Shown here piece by piece: positions 16,675 through 23,912 of a stretch of DNA of 24,738 nt. Below the pieces are notes generated by a model. It saw only the letters and a list, made by a program, of their open reading frames with translations, searched no databases and was not told the origin of the DNA. This DNA is from a virus. Its lineage: Duplodnaviria; Caudoviricetes. The stretch's first letter is position 1. Every line of letters starts with the position of its first letter. The translations under genes and the position numbers were made by a program. The stretch covers positions 1-24,738 of the IMG/VR virus record IMGVR_UViG_3300044676_001594, one strand, 5' to 3'.

Positions 16675-16967
16675 TATTTTATTGGGTTGTCGGTTGTCTG
16701 TCGGATCACGCCTTCAATCGTGCTTACAGGCTTCCTTGATAACAATTCCTGCTGTAGCTCCACCAAGCGGTCACGGACACGTACGCTATCAGGTAGTTTC
16801 TCAAGGACACGTAAGTAGTGATCGATAAGAGTCTGGATGGATATATCGTCTAGCGTGGAAAGATCGGATGGGTCAGTGTTATTCAAAGTCATGTTCGATA
16901 CACTTTGTGCCCTCTCGCTCCATCCCTTGCAAGCTTTTATCGCAAACATCACAGGTCTTTGTTTCAC
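16674..16967 (-). CDS. Hypothetical early protein (start uncertain: GTG 16967 or ATG ~16892)
   Basis: ORF track. Helical C-terminal part. Confidence 0.55.
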   Translation of the reverse strand: MKQRPVMFAIKACKGWSERAQSVSNMTLNNTDPSDLSTLDDISIQTLIDHYLRVLEKLPDSVRVRDRLVELQQELLSRKPVSTIEGVIRQTTDNPIK

Positions 16968-17160
16968 GGACAGGTAAGGATCGGTTACGATAGTATTGCC
17001 TGAGAGTCTTTTCTATATCGGAATACATCGCCTCTTTAGATGGGCTTTGACCGCTTATCGGAAGCTCACGACATCCCCACGCTATGAACGGAAGGGAAGA
17101 GCTGTGTGAGTCGATACGATAGAAGAATGTTAGGTTTTGATAGGTAAAGGATACGCTCAT
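16879..17160 (-). CDS. Hypothetical early protein with C-terminal CxxC...CxxH (possible Zn site)
   Basis: CDVC...CIEH. ATGA overlap with the upstream ORF. Confidence 0.6.
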   Translation of the reverse strand: MSVSFTYQNLTFFYRIDSHSSSLPFIAWGCRELPISGQSPSKEAMYSDIEKTLRQYYRNRSLPVRETKTCDVCDKSLQGMEREGTKCIEHDFE

Positions 17161-17342
17161 GATTCGATAACTGATTTAGTTAGTTCACCATCTATTTGAA
17201 TGTCTTCTCTTATGTCGGATTCATCATCATCTAAATGCCACCTTGAAACAATGTTTTCACCATCGATTGAATCGTCAAAGTAATAAACATAGTTGCCGAT
17301 AGTGACATATAAAGAGTTATCGCTAGGTTGTTGTATTTTCAT
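17157..17342 (-). CDS. Hypothetical early protein, 61 aa
   Basis: ORF track. Preceded by the CCTTACCTGT motif. Confidence 0.6.
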   Translation of the reverse strand: MKIQQPSDNSLYVTIGNYVYYFDDSIDGENIVSRWHLDDDESDIREDIQIDGELTKSVIES

Positions 17343-17357
17343 GTGTACAGGTAAGGT

Positions 17358-17522
17358 TTAAATTGATTGCTCCAGTTTATTAAGCTTTGCATAGCACTTA
17401 CTCAACTCATTGCGTAGCCAATCAACATATGTCGGATCATCTTGCCAGTAAATTATGGCTTCCTTTGTATCTTGGATGATTTGCTCTAAATTTCTAATGT
17501 CGGATATGATATTTGTTTTCAT
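17358..17522 (-). CDS. Hypothetical early protein, 54 aa (helical hairpin-like)
   Basis: Not in the track. MKTNIISDIRNLEQIIQDTKEAIIYWQDDPTYVDWLRNELSKCYAKLNKLEQSI, preceded by CCTTACCTGT. Confidence 0.6.
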   Translation of the reverse strand: MKTNIISDIRNLEQIIQDTKEAIIYWQDDPTYVDWLRNELSKCYAKLNKLEQSI

Positions 17523-17546
17523 TTTGTGAACAGGTAAGGTTGTCGG

Positions 17547-17738
17547 TTAGTTTGCAAGCCATTCCTCATAAGTTAAAAGAGGCTCGCCAGTGGTAAAATC
17601 ATTACCCTTTCCGTCATCTGCACAGGTAAGATAGCATTGATATTCCTCGTCGTTTGTACCTCTTAATTTGGTTCGACAGTTGTAAGTAGTTTCAAGTAAA
17701 GACTCGTTGTCGAGTAAGTTGTCGTTTGGATAGTTCAT
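17547..17738 (-). CDS. Hypothetical early protein, 63 aa
   Basis: RGTNDEEYQ.Y...DDGKG.D.TTGEPL.TYEEWL. TAATG coupling. Confidence 0.65.
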   Translation of the reverse strand: MNYPNDNLLDNESLLETTYNCRTKLRGTNDEEYQCYLTCADDGKGNDFTTGEPLLTYEEWLAN

Positions 17739-17971
17739 TATTTAATTTTAGGTTTCAATAGGATTCCTGATGTGTGAGCATGGCAAGCTATGTCGTATTG
17801 AATAGCAACAGCTTTGACACGATCAAACAGCTTTTGTGTGAGGTTGTCCTGAATGTTAATAGTTATCTCCTTGCCCGTATCGGCAACAGTTTTGCAATAG
17901 GATTCGATTAAGTTCATGAGAGTAAGATACTGAGAAGTATTGCAATCCAAGCAACGCCACAGAAGGTACAC
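17738..17971 (-). CDS. Hypothetical early protein (likely start MNLIES near 17917)
   Basis: ORF track. An internal ATG overlaps the upstream stop. Confidence 0.55.
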   Translation of the reverse strand: MYLLWRCLDCNTSQYLTLMNLIESYCKTVADTGKEITINIQDNLTQKLFDRVKAVAIQYDIACHAHTSGILLKPKIK

Positions 17972-18096
17972 ATAAAGATATTTGCGATACGATCGGATTT
18001 ACTTGGTTTGATCCAGTGAGGATAACAAAGGTTTGATGTGATTTTGATTCTTTTCATAATAGTTTTATCCTTTCGTTCTTCCGTGCTCAATTTCAC
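17914..18096 (-). CDS. Small early membrane protein (C-terminal TM)
   Basis: IFMCTFCGVAWIAILLSILLS hydrophobic tail. Confidence 0.55.
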   Translation of the reverse strand: MKLSTEERKDKTIMKRIKITSNLCYPHWIKPSKSDRIANIFMCTFCGVAWIAILLSILLS

Positions 18097-18274
18097 ATAA
18101 GGTTGAGAAGTAGCTACTCAATCCACTAGGATTCTTATTCCAGATTTCCTTAACTCTTTTACGCTCGCCCTCAGTCTCTGGTTTAAAGTCTTTGCAACGG
18201 TCATTCATAAAAGCCATAGGTGAACATAACATTCTTAATTCTCTGGCTCGTTTTGGTGTAATTTCCTGAGTCAT
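18065..18274 (-). CDS. Hypothetical early protein, 69 aa
   Basis: ORF track. Tiles with neighbours. Confidence 0.6.
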   Translation of the reverse strand: MTQEITPKRARELRMLCSPMAFMNDRCKDFKPETEGERKRVKEIWNKNPSGLSSYFSTLCEIEHGRTKG

Positions 18275-18278
18275 GGTA

Positions 18279-18488
18279 TTAATACGCTTTCAAGATTGTT
18301 GGTGAGCCTTTGCCCGCTTTTCTGTATTTGTAAGCGACATTTGCCATAGCTTGAGAAATAGGGCTTGGATGTGTGGATTTGATTTGTTCGACATGATGAA
18401 CATTGTCACCTGTAACAACAACGATAGATATAGTTTTTTTCATAGTAATAGTGATTGGATTAAGATTAACCAAACTTGTATGGATCAA
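18279..18488 (-). CDS. Hypothetical early protein (likely start MKKTIS near 18443)
   Basis: ORF track. Confidence 0.5.
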   Translation of the reverse strand: MIHTSLVNLNPITITMKKTISIVVVTGDNVHHVEQIKSTHPSPISQAMANVAYKYRKAGKGSPTILKAY

Positions 18489-18654
18489 TGCTAATTAGCT
18501 TTTCAACAAGTATATCGTCAAGTTTAGAAAACTGGTCTCTAGTAAAGATGCCAGCGTTCCAAAGTCTTTCTAAGCTTTCCTCTACTTTTAAAAGAGAGTC
18601 AGCGTCATTAGCTTTATTGATCCGTTCAAGTGCAGATTGATAGTTATTGTTCAT
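18466..18654 (-). CDS. First early gene, hypothetical helical protein
   Basis: ATG at 18654 (MNNNYQSALERI) preferred over the GTG start in the track. Confidence 0.6.
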   Translation of the reverse strand: MNNNYQSALERINKANDADSLLKVEESLERLWNAGIFTRDQFSKLDDILVEKLISIDPYKFG

Positions 18655-18679
18655 GTAAACAGCTATTGGACAATCCACA

Positions 18680-19215
18680 GCATCTTTGCAAATTGTTTTT
18701 TGCGTTTACCTATTCTTTAAAGCTGTACTTATGGATGTTATAACAAAGGCTAATGATACGATAAGTGGAGCTTGGATTGCTTATTGAGACCAAATCTCAA
18801 CATTTCAATGATTTCAAAAATAAATGAAAAAAGAACTTCGAAAGCGAAAAACACATATACAAGCATTTACACATTTAAACTAACAAGGCGACAAGATCAG
18901 CTGTCATTCGAGCCTATCCCATTGACGCAAACAGCTGGCAATCTCTGTCGATTTGCGAAAATAATTGATCGATTTTATTATGTTTTTGCCAAGCGGTCTG
19001 GAGCTGTTTCGTAAATCGTTGATAATCAACAAAACGAGGTTCGCACAATATGTAATGTGTCGATTATGTGTCCAATAACATCCCCCACCCTTTAATAATC
19101 TTGGGTACACGCGGGGTCAATTAAACGCAGGCGTATATAGCGTAAGGGTCTCGCATTTTTTCACCAAAACTTTTTGGTAATGCTCATCATAAGCCTCTCA
19201 GATTTTTCTACTAAA
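18680..19215. other. Probable genome terminus / terminal-repeat region (late-to-early junction)
   Basis: No convincing ORF. Lies between the terminase block and the first early gene. Palindrome GTTGATAATCAAC (19018-19030), paired motifs TCTCGCATTTTTT (19149-19161) and TCTCAGATTTTT (19196-19207). Exact ends cannot be seen. Confidence 0.55.
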
Positions 19216-19221
19216 TCTTTT

Positions 19222-19458
19222 CTAGGAGTCCTTTAAACTTTCTACATACTCCTCTAAACCGCACCTCAGAGCTACGCTTATATAGTCGTCATCAGTGGCT
19301 TCTTCCTTTCCCCACTTAACTAGCATATCGTAAACTTCATCTTCCATCTCCAGGTTTAGTTTGGTGAACATCTCATCTTCTGTTGAGACGATCCGGATAA
19401 CTGGAAGCTGTTTGTCAGAAAGTGAAGTTGATGTCGGTGTCGGTGTCTTCTTCTTCAT
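19222..19458 (-). CDS. Putative ribbon-helix-helix-like DNA-binding protein, 78 aa
   Basis: KLNLEMEDEVYDMLVKWGKEE...YISVALRCGLEEYV fits a strand-helix-helix pattern. Fold is inferred. Confidence 0.45.
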   Translation of the reverse strand: MKKKTPTPTSTSLSDKQLPVIRIVSTEDEMFTKLNLEMEDEVYDMLVKWGKEEATDDDYISVALRCGLEEYVESLKDS

Positions 19459-19676
19459 AGTCGTCTTGGTTATCTATTCCTTCATCTAGCATGTCTAATG
19501 CGTTGTCACCATCAGGTGCAAAAATAACATCATCTGTTTCAGTAAGTACAGACAACTTAGCGAAGTCCAAGCAACCTGCTATCGTGTAGTCGTTAAGATC
19601 GTACTCTCTTTTAAAGCGGTACACCAGCTTGGCTAGTTCGTACTGGAAGGTGTCTGTTTGATCGTTGATGTGCATC
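19415..19676 (-). CDS. Hypothetical protein with acidic C-terminus
   Basis: ORF track 19415-19690. The second Met (MHIND, near 19675) lies 6 nt after a -10 box and is preferred; start coordinate approximate. Confidence 0.65.
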
Positions 19677-19681
19677 ACTTT

Positions 19682-19709
19682 AATATACATAAGATAGAGC
19701 AGTTGTCGA
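19682..19709 (-). promoter_or_regulatory. Candidate sigma70-type promoter (leaderless)
   Basis: TCGACA-N16-TATATT-N6-ATG. Confidence 0.45.
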
Positions 19710-19753
19710 GTAAAGCGAGTAACTGCGATGAAGTGAGCAGAGCGATCTTCTTG

Positions 19754-19786
19754 CGAGACGCTCTTGAGACACTATTGAGACACCTT
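19754..19786. repeat. Three direct repeats of GAGAC with an 11-bp period
   Basis: CGAGACGCTCT TGAGACACTAT TGAGACACCTT, with GAGAC at 19755, 19766 and 19777. Confidence 0.6.
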
Positions 19787-20302
19787 CTGTACCCCTGATA
19801 AACACTGATGTTTTAAATTTAAAGCTTTACAAGTTCCCTTCGGTGTGAGATCGTTATAATATTGATATTAAGATAGAACCTAAAAGGTCCTTTTAATCGA
19901 TCATATAAGTAAGTACTAAAGATAAGTGTACAAGCAAGAGTGTTAGAGTCGTATAGCTGTTTACTGCTACAGCTTTCCTTTTAAACAAAGATTCCTTAGT
20001 AGATAGCTTCAGCTACCATCAGATCAGTAAGACTCTGTTGAGCTGCTCATACATTAGATCCTTCGCAGCTAGTTTAGAGTAGAGACTGATAACAACTCTT
20101 TAACTTTAGGGCTTAAGGATAGGTGTGTTTATAAATAAACCATATAGCATATTTAAAGTGTTACTTTAGATTTACAATAGGTAACTTGTATACAGTAAGT
20201 CTGTATTTAAACTAAGTAAGAAATTACAATATAAGAATGCTAAGTAGATACTGTAAGAAAGATTTGTTATAACTAAGAGTAAGGAGTAGCGATAGCTACG
20301 AG

Positions 20303-22069
20303 TTACGACCAGAGCAGTGCAGAGACCTTATTACTTCTTTTATGAAAGCTATCAACAAACTTAGTTAACTCTTCATTCATCAGCTCTTGTTGTCTATCAA
20401 TCATAGATTGGTTAACATCAGCAGCCATCTGCTGCACCCAATAACCAACAGCTATTGATAACGCATCAAGACGGTCATCATGTACCAAGCTGCCCCTATC
20501 TCTTGTTATCCTACTTAACTGATACATAAGCATGTACCTGGTTTGTTGTTCTATAGGGTAGCTTAAAGCTGACCTGTAATCATTATTTATAACAGAGGGA
20601 TCAACAATAAGTCTATGGCTGTTTAACACAGGTTCAAGAGTGTCTACAATCCGTAGCTCCTTCTGTTTGTTATGTCTGACTTCTTCTATAGTCACCGGAT
20701 AGGAAGTTCTAAACAGAGGCTTTATCAGCTCCATAAACATACCGTCTCCAAAGTTAGACTCTATCACTACCTTATTAACTTTGTTATCCTTTGCTATAGC
20801 TACCAGTTGTTTAAGGGTCTTCTCATCGTATCCACCTCTTATACCACCAGCATCGGGGACGAACAACTGACCGTTAAGCATCTTGACTACAGCGTACCCT
20901 GTTTCATCTTTACCTCTACCTGACGGGTCAATCGCTAATACAGAGCCTGTGTACGGTATCATATCCCCAACAGTGTTAGCAGGTCTTCTGTACCTGTCCC
21001 CCGCTAATCCTACATTAGGTAACTCCCTATCACAGTTATCAGGATCAGATGACCACACTACCTTCTCAGGAGCTACATCGACATCCACATCCATAATGAC
21101 CAGATCGTTTATCTTTAATGGGTAGCGGTCAGCATCAGATAGCTTAGGATTAAGCATGAACTGTAAAGCGTACCCCGTCCGACCGTACGACATCTTTCTT
21201 TCTTCCAGGTCGAGATCAGTGAACCTTAAGGGTTCTGTAGAAGTACCGACAGTCTCAGGTGTTATATTATCCGCTATAAGGGGTGCTAGATCGCCTCCGT
21301 AGTTATTTATAGCCTCGGTGTCGTCTGGATACTCTGAAGACCAAATACGGCTCTTGTAGCCCCTCTCTCGCAGTTTGTTGTATATACTGTCTTCACATTG
21401 AGGAGTACCTAGAAAGATGATACGGGATGTGTCTAAGGGTTTAATGATAGCGTCGAACTCTTTTACTTGTTCATCTAGCTTATCCCTCATTCCTTGAGTG
21501 GCAGAGTTGTTAGCTACTTCCACATCGTCCGCTACGATTATATCAGCACGAGACCCTGTTAGCTGGGAGGATATACCTAGTGACTTAACAGAGGGAGCGT
21601 GAGAGGCAGGAGCAGGTCCTACATCAAAAGCTATCTTACTGAATCGTTGGTTCTCTGACGGCTTTAATCCTTGTAAAATGGGAATCTCTTGAATGATTCG
21701 CAAGGTAAAAGTAGAGAAGTCATCCGATCTATTCTTACTAGCTGATACAACAAGTATGTTCTTGGATGGGTCCAGCAGTAGCTGATGTACTACAAAAGCA
21801 CTTGTTATCCAACTCTTACCCACGCCCCGGAACGCCATGATAACAGACCGTTTAGGTCCGTGTTGCAGATACTCTGCTATGTCGTACTGTAGCTCGGTGG
21901 GGTCTGGGAGGTTCAGGTGCTTCCAAACCAGGTATAGAAAGTTTCTAAAGTCCTTGAGCTTGGGTGGTATCTCTTGGTGTTTCTTGTTCTTCTTCTTCAA
22001 ATGGTAAAGTATTAAGTTGGTCAGACAGGGTTTGTAAAGGTGTACCCATTCCGCTGTCCATAACAACAT
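20303..22069 (-). CDS. terL: Terminase large subunit (T7 gp19-like)
   Basis: DFRNFL..VW, AFRGVGKSWIT (Walker A), GSRADIIVADDVE (Walker B), LGTPQ, IDPSGRGKDET, ESNFGDGMF, HDDRLDAL. Start is uncertain (ATG 22069 or TTG 22000). Confidence 0.97.
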   Translation of the reverse strand: MLLWTAEWVHLYKPCLTNLILYHLKKKNKKHQEIPPKLKDFRNFLYLVWKHLNLPDPTELQYDIAEYLQHGPKRSVIMAFRGVGKSWITSAFVVHQLLLDPSKNILVVSASKNRSDDFSTFTLRIIQEIPILQGLKPSENQRFSKIAFDVGPAPASHAPSVKSLGISSQLTGSRADIIVADDVEVANNSATQGMRDKLDEQVKEFDAIIKPLDTSRIIFLGTPQCEDSIYNKLRERGYKSRIWSSEYPDDTEAINNYGGDLAPLIADNITPETVGTSTEPLRFTDLDLEERKMSYGRTGYALQFMLNPKLSDADRYPLKINDLVIMDVDVDVAPEKVVWSSDPDNCDRELPNVGLAGDRYRRPANTVGDMIPYTGSVLAIDPSGRGKDETGYAVVKMLNGQLFVPDAGGIRGGYDEKTLKQLVAIAKDNKVNKVVIESNFGDGMFMELIKPLFRTSYPVTIEEVRHNKQKELRIVDTLEPVLNSHRLIVDPSVINNDYRSALSYPIEQQTRYMLMYQLSRITRDRGSLVHDDRLDALSIAVGYWVQQMAADVNQSMIDRQQELMNEELTKFVDSFHKRSNKVSALLWS

Positions 22070-22208
22070 TGTTATCTTTAAGGAACTGTCTAGCTCCGTT
22101 AAGAAGTGCAGCGTTGTACTCCCCTAAATCCTCCATCATATCAATACTGTTACGATATGCACCAGCTATCTTGTCGTGCAATTTACTTCCTTCGGTATGA
22201 CTTAACAT
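21945..22208 (-). CDS. terS: Terminase small subunit (T7 gp18-like)
   Basis: LH...A...AA.LN.ARQFLKDN.V...L..L...LPF, directly upstream of terL. Confidence 0.88.
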   Translation of the reverse strand: MLSHTEGSKLHDKIAGAYRNSIDMMEDLGEYNAALLNGARQFLKDNNVVMDSGMGTPLQTLSDQLNTLPFEEEEQETPRDTTQAQGL

Positions 22209-22214
22209 ATCAAT

Positions 22215-22243
22215 AGTGTATTAGTAGTTGTTATCTTTGTAAA
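22215..22243 (-). promoter_or_regulatory. Sigma70-type promoter for the terminase genes (leaderless)
   Basis: TTTACA-N17-TACACT-N6-ATG. Confidence 0.6.
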
Positions 22244-22273
22244 CAAAAAGAGGCAGCCCGATTGGACTGCCCC
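22241..22273 (-). terminator. Rho-independent terminator after the 317-aa fibre gene
   Basis: GGGGCAGTCC-AATC-GGGCTGCCTC-TTTTTGTTT. Confidence 0.88.
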
Positions 22274-22298
22274 TTGATGATAGATATGAGATAAACTC

Positions 22299-23252
22299 TT
22301 AGCTTAAAGCAGCTTCGAACTCAGCAACGGTTCCTAATTCAGTTCCGTTGTGGTAGAGGTCTGCATCAAACTTAGCAGCACTTGCTGATCCGTCTGTTGA
22401 AGAGATGTCAGTGGAAGCAGCAGTAGCGGAAGTCGAGAGAACCTTGAACTTGTCGTCTCCTTCGTCCCAGATCAAAGCTACATTGCTTTCAGCAGAACCA
22501 CGCTCAACGATGAAACCACCGTCATTCGAGGCATTCGTTCCGGAACCAGCACCTTTAGAAAGGTTCATGATGCTGTCAGCTACATCGATGTTAGTGGTGT
22601 TTACCGAAGTGGTTGTACCATTAACAGTCAAGTTACCGCTGAATGTAGCGTTGGCAGCCGAGATGTCACCAGAGAAGGAAGCGGAGTTACCGTCAGAAGC
22701 AAGTGATCCAGCTTTAGTTTGCAACGCAGAGATGTCTGTGTCGTTACTGGCTACATTGGTTTGCAGAGTGGAGATGTCCGAATCATTCGAAGAAACATTG
22801 CTTTGCAAGGTAGCGATGTCGGAATCGTTGGAGCTAACATTAGACTGAAGAGTCGAGATAGCAGAGGCGTTAGTAGAAACGCTGGACTGAAGGCTGGAGA
22901 TGTCGGTATCGTTAGAAGATACAGCGTCAGCAACAGTTTTAAGTTGGCTATCAAGAGCTTCGTCAGCAGCTTTAAGGCTGGCTACAGAACCGAGATAGTT
23001 GGTCGAACCGTTAGCACTGTAAGCACCGTTAGCACCGAGACCAGCACCAGTTTGAGTAGCATCTACTTCGGATTGAAGAGAAGTTACATCTGAAGATACG
23101 GCATCAACATATTGCTTGGTAGCAGCGTGGAGGTTGGCGGAAGGATCAGCTGAGAGCGTCAAAGCTCCAGTCATTGTTCCTCCTGCGAGGGCAAGCTTCT
23201 TATCAAGCTCTACTTTGGTTTTTTGTCCCAATTGGGTTAACAAACTAGACAT
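22299..23252 (-). CDS. Trimeric coiled-coil fibre protein, 317 aa
   Basis: GGTMTGAL, DP...HAATKQYVD, 14-aa heptad repeats, GNLTVNGTTTSVNT...D, GF.VERG, WDE..DKF: all common phage fibre motifs. Confidence 0.82.
   Translation of the reverse strand: MSSLLTQLGQKTKVELDKKLALAGGTMTGALTLSADPSANLHAATKQYVDAVSSDVTSLQSEVDATQTGAGLGANGAYSANGSTNYLGSVASLKAADEALDSQLKTVADAVSSNDTDISSLQSSVSTNASAISTLQSNVSSNDSDIATLQSNVSSNDSDISTLQTNVASNDTDISALQTKAGSLASDGNSASFSGDISAANATFSGNLTVNGTTTSVNTTNIDVADSIMNLSKGAGSGTNASNDGGFIVERGSAESNVALIWDEGDDKFKVLSTSATAASTDISSTDGSASAAKFDADLYHNGTELGTVAEFEAALS
22713..22922 (-). repeat. Five 42-bp (14-aa) tandem coding repeats
   Basis: VSSNDTDISSLQSS/VSTNASAISTLQSN/VSSNDSDIATLQSN/VSSNDSDISTLQTN/VASNDTDISALQTK. 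Confidence 0.85.
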
Positions 23253-23303
23253 AATATATATACTTTCTTTTGTGGGTTAAGCTTATCAGTTAATATGTGA
23301 TAA

Positions 23304-23332
23304 AGAGTATTAGCAGAACTTATATCTGTCAA
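23304..23332 (-). promoter_or_regulatory. Sigma70-type promoter for the 317-aa fibre gene
   Basis: TTGACA (23332-23327)-N17-TACTCT (23309-23304). Confidence 0.65.
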
Positions 23333-23673
23333 ACAGCTTCAGTAATAAGTATAGCACCAGCTTCTGTTGTCAGACTGTCTCCATCTTCTGCAAGTATATG
23401 AGTAGCAGTAGGTACTGCACCGCCAAGCTCTACAATCTTCCAAGCAGTTCCATCGTCAACAGCGATACAAGGACCACCCGATCCGTCACCATCTGTTACA
23501 TATATGATACGACCTGATGTACCTGCTGCTGGTAGACTGGATGCTAAATATGATCCTATTTGCAGAGATTGTGATATATTTACCGCTCCACTGATCAACC
23601 CTCCAGACTTATCAAACTTGTTATCAAGCTTGGCTTTTACCTTCTGTCCTAACTGTGTAAGTACGCTGCTCAT
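23329..23673 (-). CDS. Short fibre protein with an N-terminus paralogous to the 317-aa protein, 114 aa
   Basis: MSSVLTQLGQKVKAKLDNK..SGG.ISG versus MSSLLTQLGQKTKVELDKK..AGG.MTG. C-terminal ILAEDGDSLTTEAGAILITE. Confidence 0.75.
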   Translation of the reverse strand: MSSVLTQLGQKVKAKLDNKFDKSGGLISGAVNISQSLQIGSYLASSLPAAGTSGRIIYVTDGDGSGGPCIAVDDGTAWKIVELGGAVPTATHILAEDGDSLTTEAGAILITEAV

Positions 23674-23675
23674 AT

Positions 23676-23909
23676 CTAAGGTGTTGAGAGACCATCTATA
23701 AAGTCTTGATAATCACCAACTTCCTCTTCACGAGCGTCCAAGAAGTAAGGCAAAGAGTTCCAAGCTGTCGTCCCGTCTCCTATCTTAATTCTGTTACGAG
23801 CGGGGTCTAATTCAAGACCTAGTTCACCTTCGAGAAGTACGGGGTTGGTGGTCTGCCAGTTGGTAGCGGTATCTCTTCTAAGTTGTATTCTTTTACTAAA
23901 TGTAGCCAT
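23676..23909 (-). CDS. Stand-alone Mtd_N / hyaluronidase N-terminal-like fibre attachment domain, 77 aa
   Basis: RIQLRRDTATNW...NPVLLEGELGLE.D...KIGDGTTAWNSLPY. Confidence 0.85.
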   Translation of the reverse strand: MATFSKRIQLRRDTATNWQTTNPVLLEGELGLELDPARNRIKIGDGTTAWNSLPYFLDAREEEVGDYQDFIDGLSTP

Positions 23910-23912
23910 CTG

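Noticed and set aside
18772-19110. ORFs 18772-19014 (+) and 18904-19110 (-)
   Set aside because: Non-ATG starts, no RBS, unprotein-like composition, and located in the probable terminal region.
15800-19220. Integrase, att site or tRNA gene
   Set aside because: No tyrosine or serine recombinase ORF upstream of the RNAP, and no cloverleaf or T-loop signature noticed by eye.
22713-22922. CRISPR-like array
   Set aside because: Contiguous degenerate 42-bp coding repeats with no unique spacers.
23676-23909. Diversity-generating retroelement suggested by the Mtd_N-like domain
   Set aside because: No reverse transcriptase, no C-type lectin variable region, and no repeat pair with adenine-specific mismatches in the window.
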